IMG/VR virus record: IMGVR_UViG_3300031655_000016
Coordinates: 1-38,394 of that record
Strand: one strand, 5' to 3'
DNA length: 38,394 bases
Source of the DNA: a virus
Taxonomy: Duplodnaviria > Caudoviricetes
The position numbers and the translations under genes are program-made. A model generated the notes under the pieces. The model made no database searches. It saw nothing but the letters and a program-made list of their open reading frames with translations, and was not told the DNA's origin. This document shows, one piece after another, positions 15,312-24,562 of this stretch; positions within the stretch are counted from its first letter, which is position 1; each line of letters opens with the position of its first letter.

Positions 15312-18300
15312 CTATTGTTGGAATCGATATCTAATGATTACTATGCCCGAACCACCGTTGCCATTATTACCACCCCCTCCACCTCCACCAGTGTTAACAG
15401 CCCCAGCAGTACCGTGGTATGAATTAATATAGCCACCAATTCCACCTCCACCAACTCCACCAGCAGAAGCGACAGCAGCAGGGTAGTTCCAACCACCACC
15501 ACCACCCGCATAAGCAGTACTAGAGCCTGATATTGTAGAGTATTGTCCAGCCCCTCCAGTAGCTTGATTTCCACCATTGACACCATTAGTACCTACTGCT
15601 CCTGCTCCACCGCCTCCTCCTGTATTGTATTGATAACCATTAGGGTTAGTGTCACCGTTACCCCCCTTATAACCTTGTCCTGCCGTTCCAGCCGCTCCTG
15701 TATGAAATCCTGATGGATATTTTGCTTCAGCCCCTCCTCCTGATCCACCAACATTACCAGTAGCATTGCCACCAGCACCTAATGCTGACCCTGCTCCCCC
15801 ACCTAAAGAAGTAATTGAACCAAAAACACTGTTTGCACCATTAACCTTTTGTGTTGTTCCTCCTGCACCTACTGTAACAGTATAGGTTGTCGCTGAGGCT
15901 GTTAGTCCAGTTTCTGAAGATGCTCCACCGCCAGATGTTTCACTATTCCAAGAAGACCTGTAACCGCCCGCTCCTCCACCTCCTGCAGCACTAGTACCGC
16001 CAAGACCAGATGGCCCACCACCACCTACTACTAGATAATCTAAAGTTGTGTATAGCGAACCAACAGTGGTAACTTCAAAAGTTCCGCTAGAGAGAAATGT
16101 ATGAACCTTGTAATTACCAACAGTGGTTATAGTCCCACCAGTACCTACCATTGCAGTAAAATTTAGAATAGTAATACTGTCTGCACTACTATTAACTGAA
16201 TCGTGATAATACCCTGCTGTATCTATAGCTTTAGCAGTTACAGAGTAAGTAGCTTCTGCTGTAAATTGAATAGTTACCACAGGATTATTAGTAGTGAATC
16301 CAGTACATTCAACGGTATTACCTACCTTAGATGCTGAACCAACGCTGACACTACCAAAATTAAAGTTACTAGAACCTATATCTAATATAAGTTTATTATC
16401 GTTAGAGTCATTTGAAGTAATTGTGTATGCAGCATTTGTAGAAGTACCAACGTCAGCAGGACTGCTTATAGCAGGTGCTGATAATGTTGGATTAAGAATA
16501 GTAATGCTATCTGCGCTACTAGCAGCCGAAGTTACAAAAGAACCATCAATCTTAACAGACGTAGCAGTTACAGAGTAAGTTGCTTCTGCTGTATACTGGA
16601 TAACTACGGCAGGATTGTTGGTAGTAAATCCTGTTACTTCAACTGTGTTTCCTACTTTACTTCCAGAACCATGCGATACACTTTGATAAGTAAAATTAGA
16701 TGAACCTATATTTAGTATAAGCTTGTCATCGTCACCAGTAGTGGAAGTAATTGTGTATGTAACATTTACAACTTCATAGGAATCAGCAGGACTACTTAGA
16801 GTAGGTGCGGTTAGTTGTAATGATATATTCTTAGTTAATGTATCTGAATTATCTAGACCCAATGAAGCTGTAGTAGCTACAATGGTGTAAGAAGGTAATC
16901 CACTTGTTTGAGTGATAACAAATTCACCCGAAGCGTTCACTGAACCTACAGTACAGTTAGTTGGTGTAATAGTATAAGCTATATCATCAGACCAGTTAGT
17001 AATTGTATGAGTTACTGATCCACCAGAAAGTACTGACAAAGTTCCAGTTATTGTTGGTAAATCTAATTTTGGAACTGCAACTACTTGCCAAGTATTATCT
17101 CCTCTTAAGAATTTTGTACTGTCGGCTGTTCCAGTTCCTAATCTAGCTGTAGCTACTGTGCCAGTAAGTTTGGCTGCATCTAAATCTGCTATATCAGCAC
17201 TAATAAAACCAGAAGCTCTAGAATAATTAACACAAGTAACTACATTGGATGCCGTTGAAACAAACTCACCTACATCACCAGCAGCAGTAGTTATGTTAGT
17301 CCCACTTGGAAGATCAATAGTTCCTGCCCCATGAGTCATTGTTAAAACCGCTGCAAACTCTAAAAAGAAATGTCTATCGGCTGCTACGGTCATAGCAGAA
17401 AAACTAGTAGTTCCAGTACAGATAAAGTAATCACCATCAGTATCTACAACTGTAGGTGAAGCAGAAGCTATATCACCACCCTTTTGCATCTGGATGTAAT
17501 TCCCGTTTGCATCTAAAAATCCACCTAATTGTGGTGTACCGTCCTGTACTATATCAGTAAGACTACCAGCTACAATCGTTACCCAAGCACTTCCGTTATA
17601 ATATTTTAATACGTTGGCTGTAGAATTATATGCAAGATCACCTTCATCTAGACTTGATGCTGGGTCTGAACTTTCAACTCTATATCTAGCTGCAAAATTA
17701 TTTATTCCTGTAAGATTATCCGCACATACAGACATTGCTGTAACATTTGCTGCCGTTCCAAGCGTATTCATATCGGTTACTATGTCTGCCGTGCCTAGAG
17801 TATTTAGGTCTGTAACAACATCAGCTTGTGCTAATACATTTAAATCTGATACTACATCCGCAGTTCCTAAAATTCCAAGATCAGTAACAGTAGCAGCGTT
17901 ACCAAGTAACCCCATAGCTGTTACATTGTCTGCCGTTCCTAACACTCCCATAGCAGTAACATTAGCCCCTGTAGCAAGGACATTCATATCTGTTACAACA
18001 TCTGCCGTGCCAAGGGTATTCATATCACTAACCACATCAGCCGTACCAAGTACGTTCATATCTGTGACCACATCCGCAGTACCTAGTATTGACATATCTG
18101 TTATTACAGCAGCAGCAGATAATAAATCTATGTTTGTCTGCGAACCAGAAGTAGGTGTAGTTCTTACCCAAGCAGAACCTGTGTAAACCATCATTACGTT
18201 ATTAGACGTATTGAAATACAAAGCTCCTGTAAGTAAACTAGACCCATCATTATCAACTGAAGGGTCACTTGACTTTTGCCCTAAATACCGATCATCGAAA

Positions 18301-19133
18301 TTATCGTAACTGGTAGCAGCATTACTAGCTGAAGTAGATGCTTCCGATGCTTTAGTGGTTGAAATAACCGCTTGAGCGGTAGAAATTCCAGCCTGTGTCG
18401 TTGCCGTTGATGCCGATGTCGATGCGCTAGAAGCCGATGTAGATGCCGAAGATGCCGAAGTAGTAGCAGAGGCAGCATCAACAATTAAAGTCCATTTAGC
18501 GACATCTGTGTTGCTTGAAATTGGTTGAGATCCGCTTGAAGTATGAGCCGTAATACAAATATAAATATTATTATTTGATGTATCTTTGATTAGATCTCTA
18601 ACCACATAGGCTGTAGTTGCAGCCCAGTTACCTTTAAGTGTACCTATCTCTTGTGTTGCTTGTAGGTCACCAGCAGCATCAAAAGCTAGTAATTTGTTTC
18701 CTCTTTCAGCAACTGTTTTGGTGATAGTAACTACGCCTGCATCACCTACTGATTCACCAAACCTAAATATATCAGCCGTTACAGAGTTATCCACATCCTG
18801 TACAAGCATGGTTAATTTGTCCAATGCGGATTCATGAGTTTCCGCAGGGAAACTGTCGTTCTCTACATAGTCAGTAGCTTGTGTCTTAGAGATATTTCTT
18901 GCAATAACAACTGGAGATAAATTAGCAGGTACATTCCCTGATGTAAAAGTTACATTTCCTCCTGATGCTCCACCTGCACCACTTACTGTATAGTGGGTAG
19001 TTAATGTCTTTAGTACTCCGTTGTCATATACTTTAAGTTCTGAGTCTGCAAATATCTTATAAGTATAAGCAAATATGGTTGTTGATCCGTTTCCTGTGTA
19101 ACTTACCTTAGATGTTAATGTTGATATAGTCAT
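15312..19133 (-). CDS. Tail fibre / receptor-binding protein
   Basis: T7 gp17-like N-anchor (YTGNGSTT.F.Y...LDKLTMLVQ), Ser/Thr/Ala stalk, 12-aa repeats, duplicated 110-aa domain, Gly-rich C-terminus. Confidence 0.9.
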   Translation of the reverse strand: MTISTLTSKVSYTGNGSTTIFAYTYKIFADSELKVYDNGVLKTLTTHYTVSGAGGASGGNVTFTSGNVPANLSPVVIARNISKTQATDYVENDSFPAETHESALDKLTMLVQDVDNSVTADIFRFGESVGDAGVVTITKTVAERGNKLLAFDAAGDLQATQEIGTLKGNWAATTAYVVRDLIKDTSNNNIYICITAHTSSGSQPISSNTDVAKWTLIVDAASATTSASSASTSASSASTSASTATTQAGISTAQAVISTTKASEASTSASNAATSYDNFDDRYLGQKSSDPSVDNDGSSLLTGALYFNTSNNVMMVYTGSAWVRTTPTSGSQTNIDLLSAAAVITDMSILGTADVVTDMNVLGTADVVSDMNTLGTADVVTDMNVLATGANVTAMGVLGTADNVTAMGLLGNAATVTDLGILGTADVVSDLNVLAQADVVTDLNTLGTADIVTDMNTLGTAANVTAMSVCADNLTGINNFAARYRVESSDPASSLDEGDLAYNSTANVLKYYNGSAWVTIVAGSLTDIVQDGTPQLGGFLDANGNYIQMQKGGDIASASPTVVDTDGDYFICTGTTSFSAMTVAADRHFFLEFAAVLTMTHGAGTIDLPSGTNITTAAGDVGEFVSTASNVVTCVNYSRASGFISADIADLDAAKLTGTVATARLGTGTADSTKFLRGDNTWQVVAVPKLDLPTITGTLSVLSGGSVTHTITNWSDDIAYTITPTNCTVGSVNASGEFVITQTSGLPSYTIVATTASLGLDNSDTLTKNISLQLTAPTLSSPADSYEVVNVTYTITSTTGDDDKLILNIGSSNFTYQSVSHGSGSKVGNTVEVTGFTTNNPAVVIQYTAEATYSVTATSVKIDGSFVTSAASSADSITILNPTLSAPAISSPADVGTSTNAAYTITSNDSNDNKLILDIGSSNFNFGSVSVGSASKVGNTVECTGFTTNNPVVTIQFTAEATYSVTAKAIDTAGYYHDSVNSSADSITILNFTAMVGTGGTITTVGNYKVHTFLSSGTFEVTTVGSLYTTLDYLVVGGGGPSGLGGTSAAGGGGAGGYRSSWNSETSGGGASSETGLTASATTYTVTVGAGGTTQKVNGANSVFGSITSLGGGAGSALGAGGNATGNVGGSGGGAEAKYPSGFHTGAAGTAGQGYKGGNGDTNPNGYQYNTGGGGGAGAVGTNGVNGGNQATGGAGQYSTISGSSTAYAGGGGGWNYPAAVASAGGVGGGGIGGYINSYHGTAGAVNTGGGGGGGNNGNGGSGIVIIRYRFQQ
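16155..16814 (-). repeat. Tandem 330-bp (110-aa) domain duplication in the fibre
   Basis: L.AP..SSPAD...KLIL.IGSSNF...VGNTVE.TGFTTNNP...TAEATYSVTA...SSADSITILN occurs twice. Confidence 0.9.
17727..18122 (-). repeat. Eleven 36-bp (12-aa) repeats in the fibre
   Basis: Consensus LGTADVVTDMNV. Confidence 0.9.
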
Positions 19134-19135
19134 TG

Positions 19136-22100
19136 TTAACTTACTCCTGCTTGAGATCTATCTTTTGCGAATTGAACTGGTGGTTCGTTTAAAATATTTG
19201 GCGCTCTATCAAATATGCGAAATTTTGCTATCGTTCTTTCCCTAGCGTCTGTTTTAAATTCTCTATGTATCTCTAATAATTTATCTTGTTGTGATGGGTT
19301 AGTCTTGTCATAGCTACGCATTGGGGCTTTTTTGTAGCTTTTTTTGTCTATTTCATTTTTCCAAGCCTGTTGTTGAGTCCGACCATTTCTTTTGAGCTTA
19401 CCAATAAGTTCTGTATAGTAGTCATATTCGTAGTGTCTCATACGCACAGGTATACCAGTTGTAGGCTCCCTGACTATATCATTAGGTTTACTAAGTGGCA
19501 AACGGATTCTTTCTATTTCAACATCGACCTTAGATGATTTATCTTCCCTAACAGCCATAAAAGACATAGCGCCACCAGTTAACCAATGTGGTAGACCGAA
19601 TGGTGTTACCCCTTTTTTAGCAGCTTCCTCTGTTTCATGGTAGTTGACTATATCTCCGTTGTAGTTACGGCTTGGTGGCATAATCGAACCTTTTCCTGTA
19701 GTTATACCCAACATTCTAGCAGCAATCCCAGAATAATCTGACGGGACTCCCGTGAACTTATTCTCAGGATTAATTTTATATGTCTTGTATTCTGGCTTCA
19801 TTGGTTCATATGCCTTGGCTACTGATCTAACAAAAGCAGGCGTTGTTATACTTGCTATTAAACTATTAGCTGAATTTTGAAATTCCCATGGTTCAACTTT
19901 GTCACTTGCAGCTAAGTCTAACAATTTGTGCATGTTGGGCATCCAAGATGTATTAGAAAGCATCTGCTTCATAGACCATACAGTTTTCCATATATGCTCA
20001 CCAACAGTCCTTTCATCCCAAGTATCAATCATTTTAGATACATCAGCACCCGATGTTAGTATGTTAATATAAGGTTGCAACCTAGATAAATCTACCCAGT
20101 ATTTACCACCGTGGTCGTCAACATGACGAAGAGACATAGGAGGTGCAACATCTCCTTCTGTTTGTATACGCCTTTGCGACCATTCAGATTCTCCAGAGTC
20201 TGTCAGCATTCCATTGTTGTATAACTGCGCTCCCAAATACATCATCATAGAACCGTATGCTAACCGACCTATCTCCTCCATTCTAACAGAAGGGGCTGCC
20301 TTATAGAGAGAGTTTTTTCCCACTATATTACCAAGGCTCATAGGAGAATATCTAACAGCCATTTTAGGAAGATTTGACAATACCTTGACAAACGGAACTT
20401 GCAGTTTAATTATGGGAGATAGATAAGGCACGTTGTTTTGTAGCCCTTGCACAAATTTACCTGCCCTACCAAGTTCTTGTTGTAAAACATTCAGTAATCC
20501 TTGTTCTAAACTACGCTCATGTATTGTCTGACCACCTTCGTTAGCTAGGTGTTTAGTAGGGTTATCGTAGATATCTTGTGTAATTTTAGTGAATTTCTTA
20601 AAGTCAAACTTCTGACCCTTCATCTGTTTCATTGCGCCACGATAAGCCAACATAGACCTCTCTGTTTCATAGGACACAACCTTAACAAATTCATCCCCAC
20701 CCAGTAGTAAACGGTTTGTTAATCTGGCAGCTTTCCCCACAAAATCAACAGCTAACCCGATAGAAAAGTTTTCTATTCCAGCTTTCTCAGCCGTTAGGTT
20801 TCTTAATCCTGTGTAGTTTTCCATCTTAGCACCAGTAAAAGCCTTAGAAGATTTACCTGTTACAGCAGCTACAGTACCCAAGCGTATAGCTGTTACAATA
20901 GAAGTTAATGCTCCATACACTCCTACCATTGCTTCTTCCATTCGTATATCACCATGTCCTGTGACTGTGCTGGCTATGCCAGAAATTTGACGGCTTGCTA
21001 TGTTTGATCCAATATTTAATATTCCTGTAGTAAGATTTAACATCTGCAATGCAGGGTTACTAAGTAATCCCAAGCCAATCCATCCTTCAGCGAACCCCTC
21101 AGAAAACCCTGTCTTCCCAAAAGAGTCAACCGCTCTTGCTAGTCCTGCACCACCACGCTCCTTTAAAGCTGTGCTAAGTGCTATGGCTAGTCGTATAGTA
21201 TCGTCTGGCGTTGCATGTTCAGATTCTTGCATGATTTTAGCGAATGAAGGAGATTCTAGTATCTCATCAAACTTATCTTGAGAAAATCTAAGCGCAGCAC
21301 CAGTACGCCCCCAAACCTTCTTAACGTCTTTTAGTTGCTCACGCAATCCTGCATAGTTGTATAAGGTGCGGAACATATTAGAAGCAGCAGCAGAACCTTC
21401 TTGAGAACCTACTGAATTTGCTGGTAATGAACCCATGCGCTGTAAGGCTAAAATAAGGTCATCGTGTGCCGATCTAGCTGCTACACTATAAGCTATGGCT
21501 ATAGGGTCACTAACAGGAGATCCTTTTATACGGTTCATAAGCCTGCTTAAATCATCCCCCCACATATCATCTAGTATTTTGTCTGCTTCCTGACGCATTG
21601 CTTTGAGACTTTTACCTTTCTCTTTCTTCCCTGTAGATTTAGCGGTGCTTTCTAAGACCTCAATAATATCGTTGGCAACGGATACCTTTTCCATTAGAGT
21701 TGGTGCGGTGTCCATGCGTTCTTTGAGGCTACCGTCATCCCACATGGATTTTAATTTTCCTAATCTAGAAGCAGTCCCACCAGTTACAAATTCATCACCA
21801 TGCAACTCTGGAAGAGTGTCATACCTCTGACGTGGTACACTAGCAGGAGAATCTACAAACTTACCGTCTGCATCAATGAACCCAGTTTTTGTTCCTGCTT
21901 TTATCTCAGTAGCCCCTGCTCCATGAACCTCTATTAAATCTAGATGACTATAAATTGTACGCCCTGCAACCTTTTCTCCAACCTTTGCAGAATATAGTTT
22001 ACCCTCATGCTCAATGGCTATGACACCTTCTTTTACAGTTGTACCTTCTGGTACAAGTCTAAGAGCAAACTCTGACATTTCTTCTTTGCTTCTAATAATT

Positions 22101-23290
22101 TGTTTAAATCCATGACCTACACGTTCTTGAGTGATAAATTCAATGCTACCATCTTCTCTTGAGCTTATCTTAAGGAGTCCTGTCTTCTCATCTTCAGAAA
22201 GAATCGTACTACCCTTACCCTGTGCATTCATTTTTAGGCGTTGCTTTTGAGCAAGTATGTGTTTCTCCATCCCAAAAGCTTGAACTATTTTTGCTGCAAG
22301 TGGTTTTGCTGTCCAATTGTGTACTGATAACCCCAGTTGTTTAACGATAGGTAATATATATTTGTCGATGCCTGTCATAACTATATGCTCACCAAGAGCA
22401 TTCTCTAGCCTCTTCCTTGCATTAGTTTTATCCCCAAATTCTGTAGATTTTAAAAACTCCCCCACCGTACCACCTAGTTGAGCATCAATGGCTTTAAGTG
22501 CAACTAAACCACCACCTATATCATCAGCCATATAGCCAGTACCACCCGTTAGTAGGTAAGCCAATTGACCAGAAGTTAAATCCTTTTGAAGCCAATCCTG
22601 CATCTTTTGTTTTTTAATGTTACTCTTATTGACTTTGGGTAAATTTTTAACACCTTTAGTTCCTGCTATAAATCTAGGTGCTTTGTCAAAGACTTTCATT
22701 GTGGTTGCAGCACCTGTAGCCATTCTTGCCAACTTGAACCATCCTAAAAATGGAACCATGAAATGACCAAGCTCACGACCAAATTCTTTTGCTGGGCCTG
22801 CATCTTGCATCAACCAATCACCTAGAAAACTAAATACCCTAATGTCATCCTCTGGGTCTGTACTAAACATGTTGGCAGTATTCATAAAAAACGCAGCCGT
22901 ATCATCCACAGAGTACATTCCCCCTGCTATAGCTCCAATAAACGCATCTCCTACAACGTCTGCTGCCTCCCAAATGAAAGGCATTTCTTCTTCTTCTTCA
23001 ATCTTGGCAGGGATTATTGGTGGTGGCGGTGGGTTAACTTCACGTGCATATTGTTCCAACCGCATATTATGTATTTCTTGAACTTCATCGGTATTTGACA
23101 ACTCCTCTGCATATGGAGCCATAGGTTCCTCAGATGCTTCTTCTGCGTCAATCTCAGCATTCCTAATTTTTACCTCACGTGCCTTGGCGTTTTTTTCGTT
23201 AAAGTACGGTTCTATAAAATCACCCCGTGCCAAGTCGTTCTGCTCTACTTCAGCTTTTGGCTCATCTTCTATGCGTGTTGGTTCTACCAT
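19136..23290 (-). CDS. Large internal virion (ejection) protein, T7 gp16-analogous by position
   Basis: 1384 aa, helical; last core gene before the fibre. Confidence 0.7.
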   Translation of the reverse strand: MVEPTRIEDEPKAEVEQNDLARGDFIEPYFNEKNAKAREVKIRNAEIDAEEASEEPMAPYAEELSNTDEVQEIHNMRLEQYAREVNPPPPPIIPAKIEEEEEMPFIWEAADVVGDAFIGAIAGGMYSVDDTAAFFMNTANMFSTDPEDDIRVFSFLGDWLMQDAGPAKEFGRELGHFMVPFLGWFKLARMATGAATTMKVFDKAPRFIAGTKGVKNLPKVNKSNIKKQKMQDWLQKDLTSGQLAYLLTGGTGYMADDIGGGLVALKAIDAQLGGTVGEFLKSTEFGDKTNARKRLENALGEHIVMTGIDKYILPIVKQLGLSVHNWTAKPLAAKIVQAFGMEKHILAQKQRLKMNAQGKGSTILSEDEKTGLLKISSREDGSIEFITQERVGHGFKQIIRSKEEMSEFALRLVPEGTTVKEGVIAIEHEGKLYSAKVGEKVAGRTIYSHLDLIEVHGAGATEIKAGTKTGFIDADGKFVDSPASVPRQRYDTLPELHGDEFVTGGTASRLGKLKSMWDDGSLKERMDTAPTLMEKVSVANDIIEVLESTAKSTGKKEKGKSLKAMRQEADKILDDMWGDDLSRLMNRIKGSPVSDPIAIAYSVAARSAHDDLILALQRMGSLPANSVGSQEGSAAASNMFRTLYNYAGLREQLKDVKKVWGRTGAALRFSQDKFDEILESPSFAKIMQESEHATPDDTIRLAIALSTALKERGGAGLARAVDSFGKTGFSEGFAEGWIGLGLLSNPALQMLNLTTGILNIGSNIASRQISGIASTVTGHGDIRMEEAMVGVYGALTSIVTAIRLGTVAAVTGKSSKAFTGAKMENYTGLRNLTAEKAGIENFSIGLAVDFVGKAARLTNRLLLGGDEFVKVVSYETERSMLAYRGAMKQMKGQKFDFKKFTKITQDIYDNPTKHLANEGGQTIHERSLEQGLLNVLQQELGRAGKFVQGLQNNVPYLSPIIKLQVPFVKVLSNLPKMAVRYSPMSLGNIVGKNSLYKAAPSVRMEEIGRLAYGSMMMYLGAQLYNNGMLTDSGESEWSQRRIQTEGDVAPPMSLRHVDDHGGKYWVDLSRLQPYINILTSGADVSKMIDTWDERTVGEHIWKTVWSMKQMLSNTSWMPNMHKLLDLAASDKVEPWEFQNSANSLIASITTPAFVRSVAKAYEPMKPEYKTYKINPENKFTGVPSDYSGIAARMLGITTGKGSIMPPSRNYNGDIVNYHETEEAAKKGVTPFGLPHWLTGGAMSFMAVREDKSSKVDVEIERIRLPLSKPNDIVREPTTGIPVRMRHYEYDYYTELIGKLKRNGRTQQQAWKNEIDKKSYKKAPMRSYDKTNPSQQDKLLEIHREFKTDARERTIAKFRIFDRAPNILNEPPVQFAKDRSQAGVS

Positions 23291-23308
23291 TGATTGTTCC
23301 TTGTATGA

Positions 23309-24562
23309 TTATAATCTGTCTCTCATATTCCCAAGCGAATAAGGCACAACATCACCTACTTTAATCTCACCAAACATTTGTCGTCTTATATCATTTTCAA
23401 TTTCTGCCAAGTCATCAACCTCTACTTTTTTACCACGAAACTGCATATAGACAGGTCTTATTCTACCTTCTTTCTCCACTAAATCACTACCTACATGAGT
23501 TGCCAACTTAGCTTCACTCTTAGCCTTTGCTTTGACTAAGATACCTAGTTCTTGTTTTGTAATTGGGCCTTTAATTTGTACTACCTTACCTGCTCTGCCT
23601 ATGTTTTGCTGATTCTTGAACCCATGTTTAAGAACTTTTTCCATTCCTTTTTGCATAAATATCTGCTGAACAAAATCAGCAACCTCACCCACTAAACCCT
23701 TTTCTTTAAACCCAAGACTAAGTCCTTCTTGAACGCCAGACTTACCTACCTTACTGCTCTTGCTTTCAAGTTTTAACCAAGCTTGTATTGCCTTTATAGG
23801 GACTGCTGCCCCTGCTATTTGGGGGATAGGCATGAAAGATAAAACATTAATTATGTCTTCTTTAGGTAACGCCATGATTGCATCAACTACATCGTTCCCT
23901 TCTTTACTGGCCTCAAATGTCTCAGTTTTTGGATTCCATGTTTTAACCGTTGCACCTTTTTGATTTGGTGGGGTTTTCATTTTAGGTACTGGTTGTTCTG
24001 GTTGTTTTTCCCAAGTAAAGCCAAAAGGCTCTACAATAGGTTTTTTCATTCTTATAGAATCTCCAGCAAATATTTGATCTGCGTTTTTAATCTGAGGGTT
24101 TAACTCCATGAGAGATTCCATATCAACTCCTTGCGATTCAGCTATCTCAGATAACGTATCACCAGTTTGAATGGTATGGTATACGTTGTCGTCTTTATCA
24201 TCATAGGGTGACATCACTTTACCAGTAAGTATGCCATATTCCTTCATAGTGTCAGACATCCATTTAGGGACTGTACGCTCTATATCATCGTCCATGACAT
24301 CTGTAGCTGTCCCAGATTTAGCCTCTAATGCTTCTAACTGTTCTGGTGTATATTTATCAAATGACTCTTGACCTGCTTGGACATCTGCCTCTTCTTGTAG
24401 TGCAGCGTCTATGTCTGGGTGAGCATAGCTGCCTTGAGTTTCCTTTAACCAAGGGAACTGTACTTGCTCATTGATGACATCTTTGACAGGAGCTTGAGGG
24501 TCTACTCCTAAAGACTTTGCGACAACGTCACCTGTGTCTTCTGTTGTCTCTTGCTCAATCAT
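23309..24562 (-). CDS. LysM-domain internal virion protein
   Basis: YHTIQTGDTLSEIA...LMELNPQIKNADQIFAGDSI at 24047-24181; likely start MIEQE. Confidence 0.8.
   Translation of the reverse strand: MIEQETTEDTGDVVAKSLGVDPQAPVKDVINEQVQFPWLKETQGSYAHPDIDAALQEEADVQAGQESFDKYTPEQLEALEAKSGTATDVMDDDIERTVPKWMSDTMKEYGILTGKVMSPYDDKDDNVYHTIQTGDTLSEIAESQGVDMESLMELNPQIKNADQIFAGDSIRMKKPIVEPFGFTWEKQPEQPVPKMKTPPNQKGATVKTWNPKTETFEASKEGNDVVDAIMALPKEDIINVLSFMPIPQIAGAAVPIKAIQAWLKLESKSSKVGKSGVQEGLSLGFKEKGLVGEVADFVQQIFMQKGMEKVLKHGFKNQQNIGRAGKVVQIKGPITKQELGILVKAKAKSEAKLATHVGSDLVEKEGRIRPVYMQFRGKKVEVDDLAEIENDIRRQMFGEIKVGDVVPYSLGNMRDRL

Noticed and set aside
15312-16814. Diversity-generating retroelement as in BPP-1
   Set aside because: No reverse transcriptase ORF and no TR/VR pair with adenine-specific differences; the duplication is an in-frame domain repeat.
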